A stretch of 64,000 nucleotides of DNA from Rhodospirillaceae bacterium (GCA_002721365.1 PBKC01000092.1:190-64189), one strand, 5' to 3'; positions 37,523 through 47,652 are shown, numbered from the stretch's first letter. The notes: generated by a model from the sequence alone, not told the origin. A program made the numbers and translations.

Positions 37523-38851
37523 ATGACCGGAAGAGTGGAGTTCCGCTGCGCGAGCAAGACCTCGCCCGACACCAAGCGTCGGCAGAGTCTGCTCGACATC
37601 GCACGCGCGACCGGCGTGCCCATCTGGTGCGAATGCGGCGGCAAGGCCCGCTGCACCACCTGCCGGGTGCGGGTGGTCGACGGGCTGGCCAACCTGGCGC
37701 CGCGCTCCGCCGCCGAGAAGCGGCTCGCCTCGCTGCGCGGCTGGGACCCGGCCACCCGGCTCGCCTGCCAGACCCGCGTCACCGGGAACGTCGCCGTCGA
37801 GCGCCTGATCCGCAGCGGATCGGAGGTGAGCCCGCTTCAGGTCGAGACCGTCCGCGCCGGAAGCGGCGACGAGCGCCAGCTCGCCATCCTGTTCTGCGAC
37901 GTCCGCGACTTCACCACCTTCGCCGAGTCACACCTGTCGTTCGACGTGGTCCACGTGCTCAACAAGCTGTTCGCGGTGCTGGGCGAGCCGATCCTGCTCA
38001 ACAACGGCGTCATCTACCAGTACGTCGGCGACGAGATCACCGGCCTGTTCGGTCTCGAAGCGGGCAGCGAGGCGGATAGCTGCCGCACCGCCGTCCGTGC
38101 CGCCCTCGGCATGCTGGCCGCGGTCGAGACCCTGAACGACGAACTGGAGAGCGAGTTCGGGGCGCGGCTCGCGGTCGGGATCGGCCTCCATTTCGGCCCG
38201 GTGGTGATCGGCCGCATCGGCCATCCCAGCCACCAGCAGTTCGGCGTGGTCGGCGACACCATCAACGCCGCCAGCCGCATTCAGGAGGCCAACAAGACCC
38301 TCGGCACCCGATTCCTGGCTTCGAGCCCTGTCGTCGACTGCCTGCCGGAGGGCGTGCTCGCCTGCGGGAAGTCCACCACCGTCACCCTGCGCGGTCGGCA
38401 GGAACCGGTGGGGCTGGTCGAGATCCGGGGCTTCACCACGCCGGACCCGGTGCTGATCGCCCAGACCACCGCCGGTGCCCTTCTGTCACGGAAGGCCGAG
38501 CTGACCTCGGCCTTCTACGGACGCCTGTTCGAGGCGGCGCCCGGCCTCCGGCCGATGTTTCCCGCCAACCTGGAGGGGCAGTCGGAAAAGCTCGGCCAGA
38601 TGCTGGAAGTGCTGGTCTATGCGCTGAACCGGCCGACCCAACTCGCGATGGGCCTCCACAGCCTGGGCCAGCGCCACGTCGCCTACGGCGTCACCGCCGA
38701 GCATTACGCCGCCGTCGGCCCGATCCTGCTCGCGGCCATCGGCGACATCCTGGGCGACGACTTCCAGCCCCAGGTGAGGGAGGCATGGGCGGCCCTGATC
38801 GACACCATCCTGCAGCTCATGCAGCGGGGCGCGGCGAACGCGCCCGACTGA
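37523..38851 (+). CDS. Three-domain fusion: [2Fe-2S] ferredoxin (adrenodoxin-type) / class III adenylyl-guanylyl cyclase catalytic domain / C-terminal single-domain globin
   Basis: N-terminal C-x5-C-x2-C-x33-C (CGGKARCTTC...ACQTRV). CHD cyclase motifs (LAILFCDVRDFTTF, VGDEITGLFG, GIGLHFGPVVIGRIG, GDTINAASRIQ). C-terminal globin helices matching Vgb/Hmp (FYGRLFEAAPGLRPMF; LAMGLHSLGQRHVAYGVTAEHYAAVGPILLAAIGDILGDDF...REAWAALIDTI). Confidence 0.75.
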   Translation: MTGRVEFRCASKTSPDTKRRQSLLDIARATGVPIWCECGGKARCTTCRVRVVDGLANLAPRSAAEKRLASLRGWDPATRLACQTRVTGNVAVERLIRSGSEVSPLQVETVRAGSGDERQLAILFCDVRDFTTFAESHLSFDVVHVLNKLFAVLGEPILLNNGVIYQYVGDEITGLFGLEAGSEADSCRTAVRAALGMLAAVETLNDELESEFGARLAVGIGLHFGPVVIGRIGHPSHQQFGVVGDTINAASRIQEANKTLGTRFLASSPVVDCLPEGVLACGKSTTVTLRGRQEPVGLVEIRGFTTPDPVLIAQTTAGALLSRKAELTSAFYGRLFEAAPGLRPMFPANLEGQSEKLGQMLEVLVYALNRPTQLAMGLHSLGQRHVAYGVTAEHYAAVGPILLAAIGDILGDDFQPQVREAWAALIDTILQLMQRGAANAPD

Positions 38852-38855
38852 CCGT

Positions 38856-40568
38856 CTAGGCCGCCGGGTCGGACCGTGCCCCGCGCACCAGCCGGCCGGG
38901 CAGCGCGCCGGTCGGCTCGCCGTCCTGCATCACCTCGACACCGGCGACGAAGGTGTGGCGATAGCCCTCGGACTTCTGGACCAACCGCTTGCCGTTCGCC
39001 GGCAGGTCGTAGGCGACCCTGGGCCGCGTCAGGCGGAGGTTCTCGAAGTCGATCAGGTTGATGTCGGCGCGATAACCCGGCGCGATCAAGCCGCGATCGA
39101 GAAGCCCATAGGCGACCGCGGTATCGCGGGCCTGCTTCTTCACCAGGAATTCGAGCGGCAGATGCTCGCCCCGCCGCCGGTCGCGCGCCCAATGGGTCAG
39201 CAGATAGGTCGGCGAGGCCGCATCACAGATGATGCAGACATGGGCGCCGGCATCGGCGACGCCGCAGACGCTGTCCGGATGGGTCAGCATCTCGCGCACC
39301 ACCTCGAGATCGCCGTCGCAGTAGTTCTCGAAGGTGTGAAGCAGGAGCGCCTGCCCGTCGTTCTGCATCATCAGTTCGAGGGCGAGGTCGAAGGGATCGC
39401 GCCCCTGCCGCTTCGCCCGCGCGGTGATGCTGTCGGCGGGATCGGGCTCGTAGTCGATCCGATCGTCCAGCTCGAAGGTCCGGTCGAGGGCCTGGGCGAT
39501 CCACTGCGTATCGGCGTTGTCGGGCCTCTCCTCCACCAGTCGTCGGCGGAGGTCCGGATTGTTCCTGAGTTCCGCCAAACGCTGGGCCGGCGTCCAGTCC
39601 GCCATCGCGAGCCAGTCCGGGTGCGTGCGGAAGGGATGGGTGCTGGCCTCCAGCCCCATCATGACGCCGATCGGCCGGCAGCCGACCTGAGCGTTGGCGG
39701 CGAGGCCGGCGGCGCGCATCCGGCTCACCCCGTCCAGGGTCTCGCGCCACAGGTCGGGCGCGTTGGCGACCTGGACCAGCAGCACCGAGAGCGGCCGGCC
39801 GGCGATCTCCGCCGCTGCGCGCAGGCGGCCGAAATCGCCGGCGCCGAAATCCGAATTCACCTCGATCACCCCGCGTCCCGCGCGCCGCATCGCCCGCGCG
39901 AGACCGGCGAGCTCGGGCTCGGCTGCGGAAAGGCTCGGCGTCAGGCGGCCGTCCGCCGCCCGGTGCTTGGTGGTGCGCGAGGTGGTGAAGCCCAGCGCGC
40001 CAGCCATCAGCCCTTCTTCCAGAAGGCGGCCCATGCGGTCGATCTCGTCGGCGGTGGGCTCGGCCGTGTGATCCGCCCCGCGCTCACCCATGACGTAGAA
40101 CCTGAGCGGCGCATGCGGCACCTGGGCGCCGATGTCCATGATCCGCGGCATCGAATCGAGGACGTCGAGATAATCGGGGAAGCTCTCCCAGCGGAAGTCG
40201 ATGCCTTCGGCCAGCACCGCTTCGGGGATATCCTCGACCCCTTCCATCAGGTTGATCAGATAGGGCTCCTGCCCCTTCGCCACCGGCGCGAAGCCGACGC
40301 TGCAGTTCCCGAACACCGCGGTGGTGACGCCGTGCCAGGACGACGGGGTCATGTAAGGGTCCCAGGTCGCCTGCCCGTCGTAATGGGTGTGGATGTCCAC
40401 CCAGCCGGGCGTCAGCAGCAGGCCGTCGGCCGCGATCTCGCGCCGGCCGGGGCCGACGCCCCGCCCTACGGCGACGATCGTTCCGCCGTCGATCGCAACA
40501 TCGGCCGTTCGGGCCGGACAGCCGGTGCCGTCCACCACCGTGGCGCCGCGAATGACGATGTCATGCAT
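38856..40568 (-). CDS. N-acyl-D-amino-acid deacylase (D-aminoacylase) family amidohydrolase
   Basis: MHDIVIRGATVVDGTG...GWVDIHTHYDGQ metal-dependent hydrolase motifs. The start is at ATG 40568. Confidence 0.8.
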   Translation of the reverse strand: MHDIVIRGATVVDGTGCPARTADVAIDGGTIVAVGRGVGPGRREIAADGLLLTPGWVDIHTHYDGQATWDPYMTPSSWHGVTTAVFGNCSVGFAPVAKGQEPYLINLMEGVEDIPEAVLAEGIDFRWESFPDYLDVLDSMPRIMDIGAQVPHAPLRFYVMGERGADHTAEPTADEIDRMGRLLEEGLMAGALGFTTSRTTKHRAADGRLTPSLSAAEPELAGLARAMRRAGRGVIEVNSDFGAGDFGRLRAAAEIAGRPLSVLLVQVANAPDLWRETLDGVSRMRAAGLAANAQVGCRPIGVMMGLEASTHPFRTHPDWLAMADWTPAQRLAELRNNPDLRRRLVEERPDNADTQWIAQALDRTFELDDRIDYEPDPADSITARAKRQGRDPFDLALELMMQNDGQALLLHTFENYCDGDLEVVREMLTHPDSVCGVADAGAHVCIICDAASPTYLLTHWARDRRRGEHLPLEFLVKKQARDTAVAYGLLDRGLIAPGYRADINLIDFENLRLTRPRVAYDLPANGKRLVQKSEGYRHTFVAGVEVMQDGEPTGALPGRLVRGARSDPAA

Positions 40569-40772
40569 GGTCGAGATCTCCCTGGAAGCGCCGCGGTCAC
40601 CGATGCCGCAGTCATCTTTTCTGACCGCAAAATCGCATAGAACGGTGCGACGCCCAAGTGGCTGCGATGTCGACGGGGGGCCGCGCGCCATTCGGGGCTA
40701 TCGGCCGGTGGAAGCGATGGGTACTTTTCCCGGAACGAGGTCGCGAGGCTGATCAGCGAGGCAGAATCATCG

Positions 40773-41759
40773 ATGAAGACGCGCATCACCGAACTGTTCG
40801 GCATCGAGCATCCGATCATTCAAGGCGGCATGCATTTCGTAGGGTTCGCCGAGCTGGCGGCCGCGGTCTCGAACGCTGGAGGTCTGGGGATCATCACCGG
40901 CCTCACCCAGAAGACGCCGGCCGACCTCGCCAGGGAGATCGCCAAGTGCCATGACCTCACCGACAAGCCGTTCGGCGTCAACTTGACCTTCCTGCCGATC
41001 GTCAACGCGCCCGACTATCCCGGCTATATCAGCGCGATCATCGACGGCGGCGTGAAGATCGTCGAGACGGCCGGCCGCAACCCGGAAGCGCATCTGCCCC
41101 GCCTCAAGGACGCCGGCATCAAGATCATCCACAAATGCACCTCGGTCCGGCATTCGCTGAAGGCGGAGAAGATCGGCTGCGACGCGGTCTCGGTCGACGG
41201 TTTCGAATGCGGCGGCCATCCCGGCGAGGATGACGTCCCCAACATGATCCTGCTGCCGCGCGCGGCCGAGGAACTGACGGTCCCCTTCGTGGCCTCCGGC
41301 GGCATGGCCGACGCCCGCAGCCTCGTCGCCGCCCTGGCGCTGGGCGCGGACGGCATGAACATGGGCACCCGCTTCATCGCCACCCGCGAGGCGCCGGTGC
41401 ACGAGAAGGTCAAGCAGGCGATCGTCGCGGCGAGCGAGCTGGATACGCGCCTGGTGATGCGTCCGCTGAGAAACACCGAGCGGGTGCTGAACAACGCCGC
41501 GGTCGAGCGCCTTCTGGAGAAGGAGAAGACGCTCGGCACCGACATCACGTTCGAAGACATCATCGAGGAGGTCGCCGGGGTCTATCCGAAGATCATGCTG
41601 GACGGCGCCATGGATGCCGGCGCCTGGTCCTGCGGCATGGTGGCCGGGCTGATCCACGACATCCCCACCTGCAAGGAACTGATCGACCGCATCATGGCCG
41701 AAGCGGACACGCTGATCCGCAAGCGCCTGGCGGGCTTCCTGGCGGAGCCCGCCACTTGA
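40773..41759 (+). CDS. Nitronate monooxygenase (NMO / 2-nitropropane dioxygenase family, FMN TIM barrel)
   Basis: FGIEHPIIQGGMHFVG...GGLGII N-terminal signature. About 328 aa. Confidence 0.85.
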   Translation: MKTRITELFGIEHPIIQGGMHFVGFAELAAAVSNAGGLGIITGLTQKTPADLAREIAKCHDLTDKPFGVNLTFLPIVNAPDYPGYISAIIDGGVKIVETAGRNPEAHLPRLKDAGIKIIHKCTSVRHSLKAEKIGCDAVSVDGFECGGHPGEDDVPNMILLPRAAEELTVPFVASGGMADARSLVAALALGADGMNMGTRFIATREAPVHEKVKQAIVAASELDTRLVMRPLRNTERVLNNAAVERLLEKEKTLGTDITFEDIIEEVAGVYPKIMLDGAMDAGAWSCGMVAGLIHDIPTCKELIDRIMAEADTLIRKRLAGFLAEPAT

Positions 41760-41923
41760 CCGACTTTCGCTGCAGACAAGGTCTGGTCTAGGCACCTTGA
41801 TCTGGATCATGGCCACCCGCAGAGCGATCGGCCACTAGTGCGTCACGCGTCCCATCGGGCGCAGTCCAACGCACGACCTTGCCGACAGCGAGCGATCGAA
41901 ACCCTTCAACCTGTGGAGACCCC

Positions 41924-42163
41924 ATGGCGCACACCCCGCACGAGCTGGCAGAGGAATTCCCCGATCACAAGGACAAGCTTCACACGCTGAAGACCGCCGA
42001 TCCCCATTTCGCGCGGCTGGCGGACGAATATCATGAGGTGAACAGAACGATTCACCGCAGCGAGACGGGTGTCGAGCCGCTGGCGGACCTGACGGAAGAG
42101 GAATTCCGCAAGCGCCGTCTCCACCTGAAGGACGAGATCGCGGCTATCCTGCAGCGGTCCTGA
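41924..42163 (+). CDS. DUF465 (YdcH-like) small protein
   Basis: Pattern L..LK..D..F..L..EY.E.N..I...E typical of DUF465. The start is at the internal ATG 41924. Confidence 0.5.
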   Translation: MAHTPHELAEEFPDHKDKLHTLKTADPHFARLADEYHEVNRTIHRSETGVEPLADLTEEEFRKRRLHLKDEIAAILQRS

Positions 42164-42213
42164 CAGCAGTTTCGGTGGCGACCACCGCGCGGTGGTCGCC
42201 ACCGGAAGCGCGG

Positions 42214-42729
42214 CTATCCGGTCTCGCGACCGGCGTCCTGGTCGCCAGGGACGGTTCCGTCCCGCCAATTCTTGAACGGCCGCACGGCCAGCTCCGAATT
42301 GTAGTAGCGAGGATCGCCCGTGACTTCCTCGCCCAGCCATAGCGGCTTCGCGAACATCTCGTCGGGGGCGCTCAACTCGATTTCGGCGAGCACGAGGCCC
42401 TCGTTTTCGCCGGAGAAGACGTCGACCTCCCACACATGCCCCTCCAAGGGCACGCGATAGCGGGTCTTCTCGATCACCGCCCCCAGCCGAAGCGCCAGCA
42501 TCTCCTCGGCATCTTCGAGCGGGATGGGATACTCGAACTCGTCCCGGACCATCTCGCTCTTCCCCGACTTGATCGTCAGCCGCGCGGCCGCGTCATCGAA
42601 GATGCGGACACGGACCGAGGTCGTTCCCCTGTTCGCGAGATAGGCCTGCCTGAAACGGGAGCGATCCCTGACCAAGGCGCGCCAGCTATCACCCGCGACC
42701 AGGAACTTCCGCTCGATCTCTGCCGCCAT
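42214..42729 (-). CDS. CYTH-domain protein (CyaB/thiamine triphosphatase-like)
   Basis: N-terminal EIERKFLV signature of CYTH. About 170 aa. Confidence 0.7.
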   Translation of the reverse strand: MAAEIERKFLVAGDSWRALVRDRSRFRQAYLANRGTTSVRVRIFDDAAARLTIKSGKSEMVRDEFEYPIPLEDAEEMLALRLGAVIEKTRYRVPLEGHVWEVDVFSGENEGLVLAEIELSAPDEMFAKPLWLGEEVTGDPRYYNSELAVRPFKNWRDGTVPGDQDAGRETG

Positions 42730-42955
42730 CCGTCCCGCCCCCCGCCGGTCGAGGCCCGCCGAGGCGCGCCGCATGTTGCAGTTCTGTTACGGAAGTCGAG
42801 GGGTACCCTCAAACACCCGGCAGGGTCAACTCACGTGCCGCGCCTAGCATGGACGACGTTATGGCGCAGCTCGCCGCCGGTCCGCCCTGGCGTGGTCATT
42901 ACCGTCCGATTGAGTCACCTGCACGAAGGCGGGATGACGGAACCGCGAAGGAGCC

Positions 42956-43381
42956 TCAGGAATGCCCGGCATTGCCGGTCGGCAGCTCCGCCAGTTCATA
43001 GAGAATGTTCCCGGTCGAGCCCGGATCGAGGAAGGCGATGCGAGCGCCGCCATGGCCGATGATCGGCTCGTCGTTCAGCAGCTTGACGCCCTTCCCCTTG
43101 AGTTCCTGCAATGCCTCGTCGATGTCCTCGACCTCGAAGCAGATATGGAACAGGCTCTCGCCCTTGTCCTTGAGCCACCCGCCAAGCCAGGACTCCGGCT
43201 CGACAGTCTCCAGCAGCTCCAGATAGGTCCCGCCGACCGGGTACATCGCGAGCTTGGTGGTATCGATCTGCTCCTCGAGCTCGAGCGACAGTCCGAACAG
43301 GTCCTCGAACAGCCGCTTGTGCTTGGTCATGTCGTCGACGGCGATCGCGACATGTTCGACGCGTTTGATCTTCAACGTCAT
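42956..43381 (-). CDS. Methylmalonyl-CoA epimerase-like VOC-family protein
   Basis: RVEHVAIAVDDM...HICFEVEDIDEALQELKGKGVKLL...GHGGARIAFLDP matches MCEE-type glyoxalase-fold proteins. The start is at ATG 43381. Confidence 0.7.
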   Translation of the reverse strand: MTLKIKRVEHVAIAVDDMTKHKRLFEDLFGLSLELEEQIDTTKLAMYPVGGTYLELLETVEPESWLGGWLKDKGESLFHICFEVEDIDEALQELKGKGVKLLNDEPIIGHGGARIAFLDPGSTGNILYELAELPTGNAGHS

Positions 43382-43398
43382 TTCCTCCCGGCAATGGC

Positions 43399-43788
43399 CT
43401 ATGGCCCGGTGAGCTCCTGCCCGAACACGACACGATGACCGTCGGGCGTCCTCACCGCCATCTCTCGCATGCCCCATGGCCGGTCGACGGGGCCGAACAT
43501 GATGTCGACGCCGCGCCCGCCGATCTCGGCATGATAGGCATCAAGATCGTCGATCTCGATATAGCCGAAATACTGATGATCGCCGAGGTCGGTAACGGGA
43601 ATCGCGTCCGGGCATTCGCCCAGCATGATCGTGCAACCGTCACGGCCGACGAACCGCCAGCCCTCCGGCTGCATCCTGAGCGCGAAGCCCATCGCCTCGA
43701 TCCACCATGCCGCCGTCCGGGCGACGTCCGGTACCGCCAGCACGAAACTCGTGCCGATGATCCGCGCTTGCGGCTCCGTCTGCTCCAT
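43399..43788 (-). CDS. VOC-family (glyoxalase/bleomycin-resistance fold) protein
   Basis: Glyoxalase-like betaalphabetabetabeta signature. Adjacent to a second VOC gene. Confidence 0.55.
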   Translation of the reverse strand: MEQTEPQARIIGTSFVLAVPDVARTAAWWIEAMGFALRMQPEGWRFVGRDGCTIMLGECPDAIPVTDLGDHQYFGYIEIDDLDAYHAEIGGRGVDIMFGPVDRPWGMREMAVRTPDGHRVVFGQELTGP

Positions 43789-43827
43789 CGTCTCCTCCCG
43801 ACCGTGATCCGGCCGAGACAGACTAGC

Positions 43828-44622
43828 TCAATCGGTGAAGACGTGGGGACGGTCTGCGCCGGGGTGACGGCCGATGGTGACGGAAACGCCGAAGACGTCG
43901 GCGATCAGGGTCTCGGTCAGGACCGCCCAGGGCGAGCTGTCGGCAACGACGCGGCCGTCCCGCATCACCACGATCCGGTCCGCATAGGTGGCGGCGAGGT
44001 TCGGGTCGTGAAGAACGGCCATTACGCCGAGCCCTTCCTCGGTCAGTCGTCGTGCCGTCCGAAGGATCGTGTGCTGGTGGGCGATATCGAGATTGTTGGT
44101 GGGCTCGTCGAGCAGCAGATAGGCGCGGCCATCGTCTTCGTTCCCGCCGCGGCGAAGGCCGCTGATCTGCGCCAGGGCACGGGCGAACTGCACCCGCTGG
44201 CGCTCGCCGCCCGACAACGTCGTGTACAGGCGATCGGCGAGGTGGAGGATGTCCGCCTCACGCATGGCCTGCTCCGTGATGGCGTAATCGTCGCTGTGCT
44301 CGACCCGGCCGACATGCGGGCTCCGGCCGAGAAGAACCACCTCGAAGGTCCGGAACGGAAAGTTGAGGGTCGAGGCCTGGGGAAGAACCGCCCGCTTCCG
44401 TGCCAGATCGCGTCGGGGCCAGGAGGCGAGCGGCGCATTGTCCAGCGTCACCCGTCCCGAATCCGGAACCACGGCGCCGGACAGGGCATGGAGCATGGTC
44501 GACTTGCCTGCACCGTTGGGACCGATGATCGCGACCATCTCGCCGGGTACGAGCGCGAAGTCGACGCCCTTCAGTATCTCGTTGCCGCCCCGCGACACAT
44601 GAATGGCGTTCGCAGCCAGCAT
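43828..44622 (-). CDS. hmuV: Hemin/iron-siderophore ABC transporter ATP-binding protein (HmuV)
   Basis: Walker A GPNGAGKST, ABC signature LSGGERQRV, Walker B LLLDEPT. The ATG overlaps the hmuU stop. Confidence 0.85.
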   Translation of the reverse strand: MLAANAIHVSRGGNEILKGVDFALVPGEMVAIIGPNGAGKSTMLHALSGAVVPDSGRVTLDNAPLASWPRRDLARKRAVLPQASTLNFPFRTFEVVLLGRSPHVGRVEHSDDYAITEQAMREADILHLADRLYTTLSGGERQRVQFARALAQISGLRRGGNEDDGRAYLLLDEPTNNLDIAHQHTILRTARRLTEEGLGVMAVLHDPNLAATYADRIVVMRDGRVVADSSPWAVLTETLIADVFGVSVTIGRHPGADRPHVFTD

Positions 44623-45698
44623 CACCACGCCCCCATGCCCCGGCGCCGCATGAGGAGCCACAGGAAGAACGGCCCGCCCACGCAGCTTGTCAGAATACCG
44701 ATCGGCAACTCGGCCGGGAGGACCAGCGAACGGGCGAGCAGGTCCGCAATGAGCATCAAGCTGGCACCAAGGAGAGCCGACGCCGGCAGGACCGTGCGAT
44801 GGTCAGGTCCCGCCATCAGCCGGACGAGATGAGGCACCACCAGCCCGACGAAGCCGATGACGCCCGAAATCGCGACCGCCGCACCGACGGCGAGGGCGAC
44901 CAGGACAACGATGACACGCTTGGTCCGCTCGACGTCAAACCCCAGATGCCCGGCTTCGGTCTCGCCCAGCAGGAAGGCGTTGAGCGGCCGCGCCAGCAAG
45001 GGCAGCGCGATTGCCGGCAGGAGGATGAACGGCAGGCTGGTTGCAAGCTGCACCCAGGTGATTCCGCCGAGGCTGCCAAGCAGCCAGTAATTGAGGTCCC
45101 GGAGCTGCTGCTCGTCGCTCATGAAGACGAAGTAGCCGATCCCGGCGGCGGTGATGGCATTGAGCGCGACACCGGCGAGCAGCATGGTGGAGACGTCCGT
45201 CTCTCCGGCTCGGGTCGCGATCTGATAGACGACGAAGGTCGTGGCCACACCCCCGGCGAAGGCCGCGACCGGCAGGCCGAAGCCAGCGGTCAGACTGAGG
45301 AAGGCGCCGCCGAAGACGATCACGGTCGCGGCCGCCAGAGCCGCACCAGTGGATACGCCGATCAGCGCGGGATCTGCGAGCGGGTTTCTGAACAGCCCCT
45401 GCAACGCCCCCCCGCTGATCGCCAGCGCCGTACCGACCAGAACGGCGCCGATCGCCCGCGGCAGGCGGATGCCTGTCAGCACCAAGGCCTGGGCGGGGTC
45501 GTAGGTCCAGGGAAGAGAGAGCCCAACCTTATCGGCAAGGATGGCGAGCACCTGTCCCGGCGCGATCGGGACGGCCCCGTAGCCGACCGACAACACGAAC
45601 ACCACCGCCAGAAGAACGGAAAGGCTCGTCAGAAACAGCTCGCGCTGACCACTGCGGCGAAGGGTCCGTACGCGAGTCACGAGGGTCGCGTCTGCCAT
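44622..45698 (-). CDS. hmuU: FecCD-family hemin ABC permease (HmuU)
   Basis: FecCD permease topology and motifs. Confidence 0.85.
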   Translation of the reverse strand: MADATLVTRVRTLRRSGQRELFLTSLSVLLAVVFVLSVGYGAVPIAPGQVLAILADKVGLSLPWTYDPAQALVLTGIRLPRAIGAVLVGTALAISGGALQGLFRNPLADPALIGVSTGAALAAATVIVFGGAFLSLTAGFGLPVAAFAGGVATTFVVYQIATRAGETDVSTMLLAGVALNAITAAGIGYFVFMSDEQQLRDLNYWLLGSLGGITWVQLATSLPFILLPAIALPLLARPLNAFLLGETEAGHLGFDVERTKRVIVVLVALAVGAAVAISGVIGFVGLVVPHLVRLMAGPDHRTVLPASALLGASLMLIADLLARSLVLPAELPIGILTSCVGGPFFLWLLMRRRGMGAW

Positions 45699-45703
45699 CC
45701 CCG

Positions 45704-46582
45704 TTATCGGCCCAGGACGTTCAGCGTCAGGTCGGGGTGCAGGGCCTCGGCCAGCGCCTGGACAGCCTGGGGCGTCCGGGGGCCGAACCCCAGCAGCAAC
45801 AGCCCGTCCAGGGCGATGAGGCGCCCCTCGGTTCCTGCCGGGGTCGCCGCCAGCTCGGGCCGGGCCAGCAACGCGGCTTCGCCGCCCAGTGCGTCAAGAC
45901 TGCGCTGGTCGATCAAAATGTAATCCGGTGCCGCGGTGACGGCCGCCTCGGGCGACAACGGCATGTAGTCGGTAAAGCCTTCGATGGCGTTGCGGCCACC
46001 GGCCAGTGAGATGATCCCGTCAGCCGCGGTGCCGGCGCCGGCCGCGAGCGGCGCTCCGCTGCCGATCGACAACAGGTAAAGAACGCTCGGCCGATCCTCG
46101 ACCGTCGCGATCTTGTCGCGCAGGGCCGCAAAGTCCTGTTCGAGCTTCGAGGCCAGTTCGTCACCCTCGGACGACAGGCCCAGGGCGTCGGCGACGGTAT
46201 GCACCTTGGCGATGACGCCTTCGGGAGTCGGCTCGTCGGGAACATGAACGACCCGGACGCCCGCCGCGGCGATCTGGTCGAGAACTGTCGGCGGCCCGGC
46301 ATCCTCCACCGCGAGGACGATCGACGGCGCCATGGCCAGGATCGGTTCCGCGGCCAACTGCCGCATATAGCCGACGTCCGGGAACGCGCGCGCGGAGTCG
46401 GGATAAAGGCTGGTGCTGTCGACCGCGATCAGGCCGCTGTCGGCCCCAAGCGCATAGACGACCTCGGTGACCGCCCCCCCGACGGAGACGATCCGGTGCG
46501 CATCCTCCGCCGCCCGAACCTTGGCATGCGGAAGGGCGGCCGCGACCAGAACGGCCGCAGCCACCAACCACTTTCGGTGCAT
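45704..46582 (-). CDS. hmuT: Periplasmic hemin-binding protein (HmuT-like, cluster A-II SBP)
   Basis: Signal peptide. HmuT-like fold motifs. The start overlaps the hmuS stop (ATGA). Confidence 0.8.
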   Translation of the reverse strand: MHRKWLVAAAVLVAAALPHAKVRAAEDAHRIVSVGGAVTEVVYALGADSGLIAVDSTSLYPDSARAFPDVGYMRQLAAEPILAMAPSIVLAVEDAGPPTVLDQIAAAGVRVVHVPDEPTPEGVIAKVHTVADALGLSSEGDELASKLEQDFAALRDKIATVEDRPSVLYLLSIGSGAPLAAGAGTAADGIISLAGGRNAIEGFTDYMPLSPEAAVTAAPDYILIDQRSLDALGGEAALLARPELAATPAGTEGRLIALDGLLLLGFGPRTPQAVQALAEALHPDLTLNVLGR

Positions 46583-47652
46583 CAAGCCGTCCCCGCGACC
46601 CGCGACAGGCTCGCGAGAAGCGCCCGCCATTCCTCGCGCTCGGCCGCCCCGCGATCGCGCTGCCCGAACATCCAGGCGATCTGGCTGTCATTGGCGTCGA
46701 AGATTTCGAGCGAGGAGATGATCCCTTCCCGCGTCGGTTTGCGCAGCACCCAGGCCGACGCGATACCCTCGTCCCGCAGGTGCAGGTTGAAACCCTTGTC
46801 CAGCACGTTGAACCACGGCCCCACCCGCTTCAGGTTGGTGACCGGGCCGGTGTGGATCTGAACGACACCGGGGCTCGGCACGAACACCATGATCGGGATT
46901 TCCTGGCTCGCCGCCTGCTGCAACGTCTCGACGAAGCTCGACACCGGCACCGCCTCGGCGAATTCGGGTCCCACCAGGCGGCAGGCCTGGACGCGATCGA
47001 CATCGAGGTCCCGCAGCATCATCGCGAAGTCGTGGACGTCCTGCAGACCGCGCCAGCGCGCGCGCAGGGCATCGACATCGATCTCGGAATCGGGGCGCGC
47101 GGACGCCGGAGCGGCCGGCGGTTCCACCCGCTGGCCCGGCCTCTGATCGGCGGTCTTGTGCCGCTCGACCAGGGCATCGTATGCGGCGGCGTCGGTCTCC
47201 TCACGAACGTGGACCTTGAACACCGCCGTCCCCGTAGGACCGAAGAACTGCAGGCTGCGACGCGGACCGGACGGTCCCTGGTCGGTGACAGCGAAACCCG
47301 AACCCCAGGCCGACCAGCGAACGCGGAGATCGATATCGGCTCCGAGCACCAATGCCCCGACATCGCTGACCGACACCGCCTCGAACGTCCCGACCTTTTC
47401 ATGGACGGCGAAGTCGTTGCGGGTCAGCACCATGACCGGCCCCAACGCCGGCAGGGCTTCCAGAAGCTCGCTCCAGCGGCCGTCGAGACGGGTTACGTCA
47501 CCGCCGCAGCGTGCGGCAACCAGTTCCGCCTCGCTGACGCCCAGCTTCTCGGCGGCATCGCGCGCGCGGAGGCTGCCTTCCGACTGTTTGAGCTGCTGAT
47601 AGCGGTCGAGAAGGGCCGACGGGTCGGCGGCAGGCACATTATTCTGATCCAT
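46582..47652 (-). CDS. hmuS: Hemin degrading/transport protein HmuS/ChuS/PhuS family
   Basis: Two-repeat ChuS-family architecture. N-terminus ...LRARDAAEKLGVSEAELVAARCG. Confidence 0.85.
   Translation of the reverse strand: MDQNNVPAADPSALLDRYQQLKQSEGSLRARDAAEKLGVSEAELVAARCGGDVTRLDGRWSELLEALPALGPVMVLTRNDFAVHEKVGTFEAVSVSDVGALVLGADIDLRVRWSAWGSGFAVTDQGPSGPRRSLQFFGPTGTAVFKVHVREETDAAAYDALVERHKTADQRPGQRVEPPAAPASARPDSEIDVDALRARWRGLQDVHDFAMMLRDLDVDRVQACRLVGPEFAEAVPVSSFVETLQQAASQEIPIMVFVPSPGVVQIHTGPVTNLKRVGPWFNVLDKGFNLHLRDEGIASAWVLRKPTREGIISSLEIFDANDSQIAWMFGQRDRGAAEREEWRALLASLSRVAGTA

Noticed and set aside
38955-40640. 561-aa plus-strand ORF opposite the D-aminoacylase gene
   Set aside because: Antisense to a gene with clear amidohydrolase motifs. 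Low-complexity composition.
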